From: Longimicrobiales bacterium
Lineage (GTDB): Bacteria; Gemmatimonadota; Gemmatimonadetes; Longimicrobiales; Gaopeijiaceae
Direction of reading: 5' to 3'
Length of the DNA: 64,000 nucleotides
Assembly (NCBI GenBank): GCA_965218295.1
Contig: CBDCKN010000009.1
Coordinates: 32,001-96,000, forward strand
Numbering within the stretch: position 1 is the first letter of the stretch; the number at the start of each line of letters is the position of its first letter. The position numbers were made by a program, and so were the translations under genes. Below, piece by piece: positions 17,876 through 28,344 of this stretch. Below the pieces are notes generated by a model. That model was not told where the DNA came from. It worked only from the letters and a program-made list of their open reading frames with translations, and ran no database searches.

Positions 17876-20208
17876 ATGTCCAGCCAAGAGCACCTCGTGT
17901 CTGCCACCCAGCCCCGACCTGGCGGTGTCAAGGTACTCCGAACCCGGGTAGCACCGGCTCTCTTGGCGTGGGGGATTCTGCCCCGGGCCTGGGAGCTCAG
18001 GTAGATCCGCCGCCACTGCCTACCCAAGAAGCGGTCACGGTGGTTCCCGGAGCCCACTACCAAGCGGGGGGCCTGTTCACATCGATGATGGGGCAAGGGT
18101 ATCGCCGGCTGTGGACCACCCCCATCAGGGTGCCCGTCGCCGACCTCGGGAGCCTGGGCGGCGGTGGGCTGACGCCCTTCCGCCTCGGGGGGGGAAGGAC
18201 CACTCAAACCCTCCACCTTCGTGGCGCGGATGGCCGGCGCTACGTGCTGCGCTCCGTGGACAAGTCGCCGCAGGCACTGGCCGAGGAATTCCAGGACACA
18301 CCCGTCGAGGGCATCATCCAAGACCAGATGAGCTCGTTCCACCCCTCGGGAGCCATCGTTGTGGCCAGACTGCTCGAGGCGGTGGGCGTGCTCCACCCTG
18401 AGCCGCGGTTGGTCGTCCTTCCGGATGACCCTCGACTCGCCGAGTTCAGGAGTCAGTTCGCCGGCATGCTCGCGCTCTTCGAAGAGCGACCCGATGACCT
18501 CCCCGAGGGGCAAGCCGGCTTTGCGGGCTCTCGCCGGATCGTCCAGACGGACGACCTCTTAGACGAGCTCGAGGAGGACCCCCGGAACCGCGTGGAGCTC
18601 CGAGAGCTGCTCAAGTCCCGGTTAGTGGACCTTCTCGTGGGGGATCGCGATCGCAGCGTAAACAACCATCTCTGGGCCCGCTTCCCCGACACGGACGGCG
18701 GCTACGTTTGGCGCCCGATCCCTCGTGACCGGGATCAGGCCTTCGTCCAGTTTGACGGATTCCTGAAGGGCCTCGCCCGCTTCTACGAACCTCGGTTGGT
18801 CCGCTTCGGTAGCGACTACCCCGACATCAAGGCTCTCACCAGGAACGCCTGGGACATCGATCGTAACTTGTTGGTCGGACTCGATCGTGCCACCTGGAAT
18901 GCCACCGTCCAGGAGGTCACGGCCGCGATCACAGACGGTGTGCTCGCCGAGGCAGTCTCGCGTATGCCGCCCGAGCACTACGCCCTGGTCGGGCCGGCCT
19001 TGGAAGCGAAGCTCCGGGCGCGTCGCGACGAGCTTCCGATGGCCGCCCGCCACTTCTACGACATCATCTTCCGGTATGCCGACATCCACGGCACAGACAC
19101 CGACGAAGTGGCGATGATCGAGCGCGTCGACGGGGGCGACGTCCGCATCGCGATTCACCCGCGGGGGCCGTCGTCGGAGCCGGAGGGGTCGCCCCACTTC
19201 GAGCGGACCTTCTCGCCCGACGAGACTCACGAGGTGCGCCTCTACATGCACGGGGGAGGCGACCTCATACGGGTCGAGAGCAGCACGGACTTGCCGATCA
19301 CGATACGTGCGGTGGGGGGTGGGGGCCGGGACGAGCTCATCAACTCGACCGGCTCGAGGGGTGTGGTTCTCTACGACGCAGGCGACGGCACGGTGACACG
19401 CGGTGGCGGCACGAAGCTGGTGCGCCGGCCCGCGCCGCGGCCGTACGCGTGGTTCGAAGGCTCTCGCCAGTTGGACTGGGGCACCGAGTCCGAGCCGGCC
19501 GTGGGGATGAGCTTCGACGAGGACCGCGGTCTCGTGGTGGGGATCGGGATCCAGCAGGACCGCCACGGCTTCCTCAGGTACCCGTACAGCTCTCGTCTCC
19601 AGCTGAGAGCCGCCTGGGCGTTTGGCCGATCCCAGCCGATCCTGGACTATCGGCACCACTTCCGGGGCCTCTTCACCAATGGAGGCCTGAAGCTGCGAGC
19701 CCGCTTTTCTGGGATCGACGTGGTCGATTTCTACGGGTTTGGCAACGAGACGACGCAAACGGCGCCGTCGAGCTTTTTCGAGGTCGATCAAAAGCAGCTC
19801 CTCGTGAGAGCGGCGCTGAGCTTTGGGGACGGTGAGCGGCGGGAGCTCAGCATCGGCCCCGTTCTCAAGCGCACGTCCTCGGACACGACCGGGACGGCGA
19901 CCTTCGTCGCGGACACCCGGCCGTACGGGGCAGGCACGTTCGCGCAGCTAGGGCTTCAGGCCTCGCTGCTGGTGGACGGGCGAGACCATCGGACTGCGCC
20001 GACGAGGGGCTATCACCTCTCGGGCGGGGCCAGTTATTACCCCGCGGCCATCGACCTGGAGAGCTCCTTTGCCGAGGTCCATGGAGAGGTGGCCGCCTTC
20101 CTGTCCCGGCAGCCGGCGGCAAGATCGTGGTCCTCACCTGACCCCACGACGACTTGGCGATCCGTTCTCCTTGCCGCCCGTGGCTCGGGGCGGCATGGTG
20201 GGTCATGA
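17876..20208 (+). pseudogene. Omp85/BamA-superfamily outer membrane protein with a large N-terminal domain; frameshift near 17975 and truncated barrel
   Basis: GGAGG before ATG 17876 and a signal-like N-terminus in a different frame. Barrel motifs FYGFGNET and DGRDHRTAPTRG are present. Homology ends at EVAAFLS (~20106), with no C-terminal strands or terminal Phe. Confidence 0.7.
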
Positions 20209-20366
20209 AAGGTTTTCTCAACCTCATGGGAATGTCCGTGGGTGGATGGCTGGGCTGGGTGCTCGGGGCTCCGATCTCGTTCTTCACCGCGTTCGTCGTC
20301 GGCCTGGTCGGGACCGGCATCGGGTTGTACGTCACGCAGCGCGCCTTGAAACGCCTTCTTCCCTAA
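20205..20366 (+). CDS. Small Gly-rich membrane protein (53 aa)
   Basis: MKGFLNLMGMSVGGWLGWVLGAPISFFTAFVVGLVGTGIGLYVTQRALKRLLP; two hydrophobic helices and host-like codon usage. Confidence 0.7.
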   Translation: MKGFLNLMGMSVGGWLGWVLGAPISFFTAFVVGLVGTGIGLYVTQRALKRLLP

Positions 20367-20525
20367 GGGCCTGCCCTCGCCCGATTGGCTTGAGAGGACT
20401 CACCGGTGGAACCGTGGCTGTTCTTGCTCGCGCTGGCTCTGGCTCTGTTGATCGGCCCCGATTGAATTGCCACCCCTTTCGATACCTGAACGATCGACGC
20501 CCGGGTTCTCTGACGGGGCCGCCGG

Positions 20526-21536
20526 TCACAGGGCCGCTCGAGCCTCTTCTGCGAAACGGCGTCGGCACCCCTCACAGCAGAAGTAGAAGGTCTGGCCGTC
20601 GCCCTCCCAGGTGTGTCGCGCCTCCGCCTTGGTGACCTTCATCCCGCAGATGGGATCGACGGCCTCGGCCTCTTCCCGTGGCTCTCCGGGGGTCGCGGCC
20701 ACCGGTTCCTCGGCCTCCTCGCCTTCCGCGTTTCCGGCCGAGGGGGCCCACCCCACCTCTTCCATCGAGCGTCGCGCCTGAACGATCTCGGCCATGATGC
20801 TGAGCGCGATTTCGTCGGGGCCCCGAGCGCCTATGTCCAAGCCCGCGGGGATCTTGAGGCGAGACAGCGCGTCCTCGTCCACACCCTCCTGCCTCACGTG
20901 CCGTATGATTTCTTGTCCCCGCTTTCGACTGGACACCAGCCCCACATAGGGAGGGTTGGAGCGGAGCAAGGCGGCCAGGGCCGATTCGTCGTAGTTGCCG
21001 TGGGTGGCCACCACGACGAAGGTGAGGGCGCTCACCCGGGACGATGCTTCCTCGAGGCTCGAGAAGACATCGTCGGCGTGGGCCATGGCGCCCGCCCCGT
21101 CCTGATCGACGGCGATCACCCGATAGCTCATGGCCTTGGCCAGGTGCGCCAGAGCCTGGGCGATGGGGAGGCCGCCGACTACGAGCAGCTGGGGCTTGGG
21201 CTGATGGGGCTCGATGAAGATGTCCAAGGTCCCCCCTCCGAAGCAGGTCATGCGTACCTCAGTGATTCCCTCCGGGGCGGGCTCGGCGCCCGGATCCGGC
21301 GAGAGGCGGATCAGGCGGCTCTGATCTTCCGAGATCGCCTTCACGGCCTCGGCGACCACGGTGGGTTGCGCGCAGCTCCCACCGATCCACCCGTACATCA
21401 CACCGTCCAGCGTGACGATGGCTCGATCGCCGGGCCGGGCCGACGTGGGCTTCTCGGCCCGCACGACCGTGGCCGTGGCGAACGGGACGCCGTCGCGGGC
21501 AAGCCCATCGGCCTTCTCGAAGAAGTCGTGGTACAT
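20526..21536 (-). CDS. coxF: XdhC/CoxF-family Mo-cofactor maturation protein with a C-terminal YHS domain
   Basis: GWIGGSC, MTCFGGG, VVATHG, PAGLDIGARGPDEIALSI, then DPICGM...YFCCEGC. Confidence 0.85.
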   Translation of the reverse strand: MYHDFFEKADGLARDGVPFATATVVRAEKPTSARPGDRAIVTLDGVMYGWIGGSCAQPTVVAEAVKAISEDQSRLIRLSPDPGAEPAPEGITEVRMTCFGGGTLDIFIEPHQPKPQLLVVGGLPIAQALAHLAKAMSYRVIAVDQDGAGAMAHADDVFSSLEEASSRVSALTFVVVATHGNYDESALAALLRSNPPYVGLVSSRKRGQEIIRHVRQEGVDEDALSRLKIPAGLDIGARGPDEIALSIMAEIVQARRSMEEVGWAPSAGNAEGEEAEEPVAATPGEPREEAEAVDPICGMKVTKAEARHTWEGDGQTFYFCCEGCRRRFAEEARAAL

Positions 21537-21554
21537 CCGCCGCTGCCCGCCCGC

Positions 21555-23990
21555 TCAGTCGCTCACTCCATTGTCCCGGAGCAGCTTCCACACCCTGTCG
21601 GGGGAGATGGGGATCTCCACGTGCTTCACCCCGAGGTGCCAAAGCGCGTCGACCACCGCGTTGGCGATGGCCGGCGGCGCGCCTACGGTCGCCGACTCAC
21701 CCACTCCCTTGGCCCCGAGGGGGTGGTGGGGCGACGGCGTGATCGTCCTCCCCAGCTCCCACTTCGGGGACTCAACCGCGGTGGGGACCAGGTAGTCGGC
21801 GAGCGTGCCCGTGAGGTTCTGCCCGTTCTCGTCGTAGACGATCTCCTCGAAGAGCGCCGGGGCCAGGCCCATGGTCAGTCCACCGTGGATCTGACCCTCG
21901 ACGACCAGGGGATTGATGATGTTCCCGCAGTCGTCGACGGCGACGAACCGGCGGATGTCCACTTGCCCCGTACCCTTGTCGATGTCCACCACGCAGATGT
22001 AGCTACCGAACGGGAAGGTCAGGTTCGGCGGGTCGTAGTAGTCGGTGGCCTCGAGGCCCGCTTCCATTCCAGGTGGGTGGTCGGTGTACGCCGCGAAGGC
22101 GATCTCCTGGATTGTCTTCGCCTGGTCGGGAGAGCCCCGCACCTGCCATTTGTCCACGTTCCACTCCAGGTCGTTCTCGCCCACCTCCAGCAGGTAGGCG
22201 GCGATCTTTCTGGCCTTGACCTTGATCTTTCTGGCGGCCATGGCCGCTGCGGCACCGGCCGTCGGCGTCGACCTGCTGCCGTACGTTCCGAGACCGTAGG
22301 GCGCCGTGTCGGTATCGCCCTCCTCGATCTCCACGTCGGCCGCCGGGAGGCCGAGCTCTTCAGCGACGATCTGGGCGTATGTCGTCTCGTGCCCCTGTCC
22401 TTGGGACTTGGTCCCGAAGCGCGCCATCGCCTTCCCGGTGGGATGAATGCGGATCTCCGCCGAGTCGAACATCTTGATCCCGAGGATGTCGAAGTCCCGC
22501 GAGGGGCCCGCCCCCACCGCCTCCGTGAAGCTCGAGATACCGATCCCCATGAGCTCACCTCGAGCCCGCCGCTCCTCCTGCTCCTTACGGAGTGCCGGGT
22601 AGTCGATCATGTCCATGGCCTTCCGGAGGGCCCCCTCGTAGTTGCCGGAGTCGTACAGCCATCCGGTGGGCGACTGGTAGGGGAACTGATCGGGGCGGAT
22701 GAAGTTCTTCAGACGGAAGTCGGCCGAGTCCTCTCCGAGCTCGTGCGCCATGATGTCGGTCATGCGCTCGATCATGTGCACCCCCTCGCTCACGCGGAAC
22801 GAGCAGCGATAGGCGATCCCTCCCGGCGGCTTGTTCGTGTAGACGCCGTCCACCACGATGTGCGCGGCTTGTAGATCGTAGGACCCGGTGCAGATGCTGT
22901 AGACGCCCGCCGGGAATTTCGACGGCTGCGCCGCGGCGTCCGCGCAGCCGTGATCCGCCAGGGTCTTCACGCGGAGGCCCGTGATGCGGCCATCCTCGTC
23001 GGCAGCCATCTCCGCCGTGATGTGATAATCCCGGGCGAAGCTGTCGGCCTGGAGGTTCTCGCTCCGGTCCTCCACCCACTTCACCGGCAAGCCCGTGACC
23101 AGGCTGGCGACGATGCAGCAGACGTAGCCCGGATAGATCGGCACCTTGCCCCCGAACCCTCCGCCGAGGTCCGGCGAGATGATCTGGATCTTGTGCTCCG
23201 GAAGTCCGCTCACCATGGCGAAGACCGTCCGGTGGGCGTGGGGAGCCTGGGACGTCATGTAGATCTGCATCCGCTCGGTGACCTTGTCGTAGTTGGCCAC
23301 CATGCCACAGGTCTCGATGGACGCCACGTGGATCCGAGGGATGTGCATGGACTGCGAACCGGTGTGGGCCGCTTCTGCGAACACGCGCTCAGTGGCTTCG
23401 GCGTCGCCGGCCTCCCAGTGCCATATGTGGTTGGTCCTCTCCTCCTTGTCGTCCCGGACGATCACCTCGTCCTTCATCGCCTCGAACGGATCGACAACGG
23501 GATCGAGGGGCTCGTAGTCCACGAAGACCTTCTCGACCGCGTCCGCGGCCGTGTAACGAGTGGTGGCGATCACCACGCAGACCTCCTGGGCGTAGTAGAC
23601 CACTTTGTCGATGGGGAGGACCATCTGGGTGTCCGACATGAGAGTCGGCATCCAGTGCAGGTTCCCCGCCGCCTCCAGGTCCTTCCCGGTGATCACCGCG
23701 GCCACCCCGTCCATGGCGAGGGCTTCACTGGGGTCGATGCTCAGGATCTTGGCGTGTGCGTAGGGGCTTCGGACGATGTCCATGTAGAGCATGCTGGGCA
23801 GCTTGACGTCGTCCAGGTAGCGCCCTCTGCCTCGGATGAATCGGGGATCCTCCTTGCGCTTCATCCGGTGGCCCATCCCGCAGATCTCAGGAGGCGTGGT
23901 CACACGGATCTCGTCGACGGTCTCCACGATTGCCGACGTTTCCTCGGGAATCGGTGTGTGCTGTTCGACCCTGTCTTCGAAGTGCGTCAT
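21555..23990 (-). CDS. coxL: Aerobic CO dehydrogenase large subunit, form I
   Basis: Active-site motif AYRCSFR (form I AYXCSFR), plus GGGFGGK, QGQGHET and GAKGVGE. ATG 23990 overlaps the coxS stop. Confidence 0.95.
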   Translation of the reverse strand: MTHFEDRVEQHTPIPEETSAIVETVDEIRVTTPPEICGMGHRMKRKEDPRFIRGRGRYLDDVKLPSMLYMDIVRSPYAHAKILSIDPSEALAMDGVAAVITGKDLEAAGNLHWMPTLMSDTQMVLPIDKVVYYAQEVCVVIATTRYTAADAVEKVFVDYEPLDPVVDPFEAMKDEVIVRDDKEERTNHIWHWEAGDAEATERVFAEAAHTGSQSMHIPRIHVASIETCGMVANYDKVTERMQIYMTSQAPHAHRTVFAMVSGLPEHKIQIISPDLGGGFGGKVPIYPGYVCCIVASLVTGLPVKWVEDRSENLQADSFARDYHITAEMAADEDGRITGLRVKTLADHGCADAAAQPSKFPAGVYSICTGSYDLQAAHIVVDGVYTNKPPGGIAYRCSFRVSEGVHMIERMTDIMAHELGEDSADFRLKNFIRPDQFPYQSPTGWLYDSGNYEGALRKAMDMIDYPALRKEQEERRARGELMGIGISSFTEAVGAGPSRDFDILGIKMFDSAEIRIHPTGKAMARFGTKSQGQGHETTYAQIVAEELGLPAADVEIEEGDTDTAPYGLGTYGSRSTPTAGAAAAMAARKIKVKARKIAAYLLEVGENDLEWNVDKWQVRGSPDQAKTIQEIAFAAYTDHPPGMEAGLEATDYYDPPNLTFPFGSYICVVDIDKGTGQVDIRRFVAVDDCGNIINPLVVEGQIHGGLTMGLAPALFEEIVYDENGQNLTGTLADYLVPTAVESPKWELGRTITPSPHHPLGAKGVGESATVGAPPAIANAVVDALWHLGVKHVEIPISPDRVWKLLRDNGVSD

Positions 23991-24490
23991 GAGACCGGCT
24001 CCTCTGCGGGCTGTGCCTGCAGCTTCTCTGCCGCGTACTGCACGGCTTCCACGATGTTGTTGTAGCCCGTGCACCGGCACAGGTTGCCCGAAATCCCGAT
24101 GCGGATGTCCTCCTCCGTCGGGTTCGGATTCTTGGAGAGGAGGTGGGCCGCGCTCATGATCATTCCGGGGGTGCAGAACCCACACTGAAGTCCGTGCTTC
24201 TCCCAGAAGCCTTCCTGAAGCGGATGGAGAGCACCGTCTTGCTCTATTCCCTCGATCGTCTGCAGCTCGCCCCCGTTGGCCTGGACCGCGAACAGCGTGC
24301 AGCTCTTCACCGCCGTCCCGTCGAGGATCACGGTGCAAGCGCCGCAGCTCGACGTGTCACACCCGATGTGTGTTCCGGTCAGATCGAGCTCCTCACGGAT
24401 GAAGTGGACGAGCAGCATCCTGGCCTCGACATCCTTCGTGACCGTCTCGCCGTTTACGGACACGGCGACGGTATGCGTCTTCTGGCTCAT
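23987..24490 (-). CDS. coxS: CO dehydrogenase small [2Fe-2S] subunit
   Basis: [18 protein letters not shown] and NLCRCTGY. Confidence 0.95.
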   Translation of the reverse strand: MSQKTHTVAVSVNGETVTKDVEARMLLVHFIREELDLTGTHIGCDTSSCGACTVILDGTAVKSCTLFAVQANGGELQTIEGIEQDGALHPLQEGFWEKHGLQCGFCTPGMIMSAAHLLSKNPNPTEEDIRIGISGNLCRCTGYNNIVEAVQYAAEKLQAQPAEEPVS

Positions 24491-25362
24491 GAGGAGCCCC
24501 CTTCGGCCCGCGCGACGGCCGCTCGGATGGCTCGCTTGGTCAGGACCCTGGTGAGGTCCCTCTTGTATGCGACGCTGCCGCGCAGGTCCGCCGACGGGTC
24601 GCACTCGGCGGCGGCCGCCGCTCCGGCCGCCTCGATCACGTCCTCGGTGACGGCGTTCCCCGCAAGCGCTGACTCCGCCCCGGTCGCTCTCATGGGAACG
24701 GGGCTCACGTTGGTGAGAGCGATCCGCGCCGACACGCACTGGTCCCCCTCCATCGTCACGCGGACCGCCACGGCTGAAAGGGCGTAGTCGCCCACCTTCC
24801 GCTCCATCTTCACGTAGGCGCCCCCCTGTCCGGGACCCGGCGAGGGGACCCGAATCTCCGTCAAGATCTCGTTGGGGTGGAGGGCGCTCTCGAAGAGCCC
24901 GACGAAGAAGTCGTCGATTGGAATGCTCCGCTCTCCATCGGGACCCTGAGCGACGACCGTGGCGCCCAGTGCGAGCATCACCGCCGGGTGGTCGTTGGCC
25001 GGATCGGCGTGCGCGATATTGCCGCCCACCGTGCTGCGATTCCGCACCAGCGGATCAGCGATGACCTTGGAGGCGTCGGCCAGGATGGGATATCTCTCCC
25101 GCACGAGCTGAGAATCCTCAACCGCCGCTTCCCTCGTCAGGCCTCCGATCCGGAGCTCGCCGTCGTCCTCGCGAAGGTACTCCAGGTCCGGAATGCCGTT
25201 GATGTCGACGAGGGCCTCGGGAACGGCCAGCCTGAACCGCATGGCGGGGATCAGGCTGTGCCAGCCAGCCAGGATCTTCGCCCCGTCACCCAGCTGATCG
25301 AGCAGCCGGACCGCTTCGTCGACCGAGGAGGGGGCGTGGTAGTCGAACGCTCCGGGAATCAC
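24487..25362 (-). CDS. coxM: CO dehydrogenase medium FAD subunit
   Basis: [20 protein letters not shown] and HADPANDHP, in coxMSL order. Confidence 0.93.
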   Translation of the reverse strand: MIPGAFDYHAPSSVDEAVRLLDQLGDGAKILAGWHSLIPAMRFRLAVPEALVDINGIPDLEYLREDDGELRIGGLTREAAVEDSQLVRERYPILADASKVIADPLVRNRSTVGGNIAHADPANDHPAVMLALGATVVAQGPDGERSIPIDDFFVGLFESALHPNEILTEIRVPSPGPGQGGAYVKMERKVGDYALSAVAVRVTMEGDQCVSARIALTNVSPVPMRATGAESALAGNAVTEDVIEAAGAAAAAECDPSADLRGSVAYKRDLTRVLTKRAIRAAVARAEGGSS

Positions 25363-25431
25363 TGTGATAACCTCCTCAAAGTTGGGGCTGCCTTCGGAGC
25401 CGGCCGCCCTTCCGATGTCTCGTCACCCGTG

Positions 25432-26070
25432 TCAGAAAAGGGCCAAGCCGATCACCATCAGGATCACGACGGCGGCGGCCACCATCACCCAGCGTGGCAC
25501 CAGATCCTTGGCCACTTCCTTCGCCACTGCTGCGGCGAACTGCGCCTGTGAAGGGGACGCCGCGTCGGTCGCGAGTGCCGTGTCGGTCGCGAGTGCGGCG
25601 TCCGCAGTCGATTCTCCCCTCGGATCACCGACGCGCGCCAGGATGGCCGTGTTGAGACCCTCCAGGCTCTGCTTCGTGATGGCTTTCGCCGAGCTCTCGA
25701 TCAGGCGCTGCCCTACACTCGCGATGCGGCCGCCCACCTGGGCTCGGCTCGTGTAGGTGAAGTGGGTCTCGCCGTCGCGGCTCTCGAGCTCTAGGTGGGC
25801 CGTCGCCTTCACGAAACCGGGGGCTCCACGGCCATCCACCTGCATGGTGTATCGGGTCGGCCGCTCTATGTCCTCGAGCTTCACCTTGCCCTGAAACGTG
25901 CCTTGCACCGGTCCGATCTTGATGTTCAGCGCGCCCTCGTACTCGTTCTCGCCCACCAACTCGAGCTTCTCGCATCCGGGAAGCGCGGCGGCCAGCACGA
26001 CCGGATCGAGGAGGCACTGCCAGACCAGGTCCTGGGGGGCACGGAACGTGTACTCGCCGTCGAGGTTCAT
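25432..26070 (-). CDS. coxG: CoxG membrane-anchor protein (SRPBCC domain plus C-terminal TM helix)
   Basis: LPGCEKL, GPVQGTFQG, VGGRIASVGQRLI and a hydrophobic C-terminus. Confidence 0.9.
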   Translation of the reverse strand: MNLDGEYTFRAPQDLVWQCLLDPVVLAAALPGCEKLELVGENEYEGALNIKIGPVQGTFQGKVKLEDIERPTRYTMQVDGRGAPGFVKATAHLELESRDGETHFTYTSRAQVGGRIASVGQRLIESSAKAITKQSLEGLNTAILARVGDPRGESTADAALATDTALATDAASPSQAQFAAAVAKEVAKDLVPRWVMVAAAVVILMVIGLALF

Positions 26071-26106
26071 GACTCTATTGGGCGCCTCCGGTGGTCGTGA
26101 CGGGCC

Positions 26107-27264
26107 CTATGAGCGCTTCGAGCGGGCCCGATGGGGTAGGTCGGCCAGCGAACCCGCGAGATCGCGCAGTGCCTCGAGATTCCGCACCGAGCGAAAATCA
26201 TCCACGTAGTCCAGAGCCGCTGCCATGCCGGAGACCACCGGTCGGTATCCGGGACGGCCCTGGTGAGGGTTCAGCCAACCTAAGTGATGACAGCGCGCCT
26301 GCAAGTAACGCATCTCGTGTCTCAGCACCTCCACGTCGCCTCGGTCCCACCCGTCGCTGATGACGAGAACCACGGCGCCTCGCCTGAGAACGCGGCGACT
26401 CCAATCACGATTGAAGGTTCTGAGGCATGCGCCGATGCGGGTGCCTCCGGCCCAGTCGACCACCTCCCGGGCAGCCGCGTCGATGGCCCGGTCCACGTTG
26501 CGGATCCGCATCTCGGGGGTGATGCGCGAGAGGCGCGTGCCGAACACGAAGCACTCCACCTCACGGAGGGAGCGGCTCATCACGTAGAAGAATTGCAGCA
26601 CCAGCCTCGAATACTTCTCCATGGAGCCGCTGATGTCCGCGATCAGGATGAGGGGGCGCTCCTTCACCTTGGGGCGGCGCCGGGGCAGGTGGAGGGGCAC
26701 GGATCTCAGCCTGGCCGTCTCACGCAGGGTCCTCCGCAGGTCGACGATGTTCCCCCGGCGGTCGGCGACGCGCCTTCTACTTCGACGGAGCGCGATCCTC
26801 CACTGGATCTGCATCATGAGGCGCCGCACCTCCTCCAGCTCGTCGGCGGACATCTCCGAAAAGTCCTTTCCCTGGAGGATCTCCTCCTCGCTGTAGGTGC
26901 CGTGGCGGTCGACCAGGTCCACCGATGGATCCGTCTTCTTCGCCACCGACGCACGATAGGTAGCGATGCTGAATCGTTGCTGGAACGGGGCGTCCCGTCT
27001 TCGCTCGGCGATCCCTCGGCTCCGCTTGCCGCCTGTTCCCGACGTCCGACTCCAGAAGTGGTTGAACACGATCTGAAACAGCTCGAGGTCCTCTCTGCGC
27101 TTCACCAGGAGCGACCGGGCGGTGTGGTAGACCTGATCGCGTGCACCCAGCTCCACCCAGCCCAGAGCCTCGGCCAAAGCCGCGATCTGTCCGGTGGTGA
27201 CGGGCAGCCCCAGGCGGCGCAGGGTTCTCCCGAAAGTGACGAGGTTCGGGACGATGGCGGCCAT
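26107..27264 (-). CDS. coxE: CoxE VWA-domain protein
   Basis: MIDAS motif DISGSM, plus FGTRL, WAGGTRIG, ISDGWD and WLNP. Confidence 0.9.
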   Translation of the reverse strand: MAAIVPNLVTFGRTLRRLGLPVTTGQIAALAEALGWVELGARDQVYHTARSLLVKRREDLELFQIVFNHFWSRTSGTGGKRSRGIAERRRDAPFQQRFSIATYRASVAKKTDPSVDLVDRHGTYSEEEILQGKDFSEMSADELEEVRRLMMQIQWRIALRRSRRRVADRRGNIVDLRRTLRETARLRSVPLHLPRRRPKVKERPLILIADISGSMEKYSRLVLQFFYVMSRSLREVECFVFGTRLSRITPEMRIRNVDRAIDAAAREVVDWAGGTRIGACLRTFNRDWSRRVLRRGAVVLVISDGWDRGDVEVLRHEMRYLQARCHHLGWLNPHQGRPGYRPVVSGMAAALDYVDDFRSVRNLEALRDLAGSLADLPHRARSKRS

Positions 27265-28145
27265 CAGTCTGCCGAGGCGCGGTCCAACCACTCCCTCGCC
27301 ACGGTACCGCTCACCTTGTCCACGTCGTCCTGATACTTCAGAAGGAAGCCCAGCGTCGTAACGACTAGATCCTCGTTCAGCTCGGTGGCGTTCAGGTGGT
27401 GGAGAGCCCGAGCCCAGTCGAGGGACTCCGCCACGCCCGGCAGCTTGTACAGATCCTGGTCTCGCAGCACCTGGACGAATCGCACGATCTCCTCGGCCAG
27501 GGCCGGGCCGACCTCGGGGACCTTGGTCCGGACGATCTCCAGCTCCCTCTCGGCCGACGGATAGTCGATCCAGTGGTAGATGCATCGCCGCTTCAACGCG
27601 TCGTGGATCTCCCGGGTGCGGTTGGAGGTGACAAAGACGATGGGCACGTGCTCGGCCCGTAGGGTTCCGATCTCCGGCACCGTGACCTGGAAGTCGGCCA
27701 GGAGCTCGAGCAGGAAGGATTCGAACTCCTCGTCGGCTCGATCGAGCTCGTCGATCAGGAGGACCGGACGGCGCTCGTGGCTGGCGTCGATCGCCTGCAG
27801 CAGGGGCCTCTTGAGAAGGTACTCCTCGGTGAAGATGTCGGCGGTCGAGAGCCCCTCTCCGGACGTGACGCCGGCCTGGATCTCGAGCAGCTGGCGCGGA
27901 TAGTTCCACTCGTACACCGCCTGGCCGAGGTCGAGGCCCTCATAGCATTGCAGCCGAATGAGGGTCGTATCGAGGGCCTTGGCCACGACGTGGGCCAGCT
28001 CGGTCTTTCCCACGCCCGGCTCGCCCTCGAGGAAGAGGGCCTTCTCCATCCGCAAGGCCAGGAAGAGGCTGGTCGACAGCCCCACGTCGGAGAGGTATGC
28101 GTGGCCGGCCAGGGTACGTCCGGCCTCTTCGATGGAGTCGAACAT
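27264..28145 (-). CDS. coxD: CoxD MoxR-family AAA+ ATPase
   Basis: GEPGVGKT, RLQCYEGLD, LLIDELDRAD and HDALKRRC. Confidence 0.92.
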   Translation of the reverse strand: MFDSIEEAGRTLAGHAYLSDVGLSTSLFLALRMEKALFLEGEPGVGKTELAHVVAKALDTTLIRLQCYEGLDLGQAVYEWNYPRQLLEIQAGVTSGEGLSTADIFTEEYLLKRPLLQAIDASHERRPVLLIDELDRADEEFESFLLELLADFQVTVPEIGTLRAEHVPIVFVTSNRTREIHDALKRRCIYHWIDYPSAERELEIVRTKVPEVGPALAEEIVRFVQVLRDQDLYKLPGVAESLDWARALHHLNATELNEDLVVTTLGFLLKYQDDVDKVSGTVAREWLDRASAD

Positions 28146-28344
28146 GGGAGGTAAGCTGCTGGTTCCTTGTCACGGCGCAACCTGGCGGAGGTGCGGGACT
28201 ACGCGTTCGGGTCCTGAGCGGATTTCGTGCTCCCCGATGCCCCTTCCATTTTTCCCTATGGAGGAGATCGAGGGTGTAGGTATATTTGAAGGTGCGAATT
28301 AGGCGTGATCTGGTAACACGACTGTACACGAAAGGATCGCCACC

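Noticed and set aside
20613..24065. Long plus-strand ORFs opposite the cox genes (also 45285-48275, 51421-53148, 61257-63065 and similar ORFs opposite other genes)
   Set aside because: These are antisense shadows of real genes, expected with high-GC codon bias.
25564..25599. 18-bp tandem repeat in coxG, and 15-bp repeats in tamB near 45891-45936
   Set aside because: In-frame expansions in low-complexity linkers with no sign of a separate function.
28304..28320. CGTG-N9-CACG palindrome between coxD and ompA as a CRP/FNR site
   Set aside because: The spacing is one base off the TGTGA-N6-TCACA geometry and the match is too short to support.
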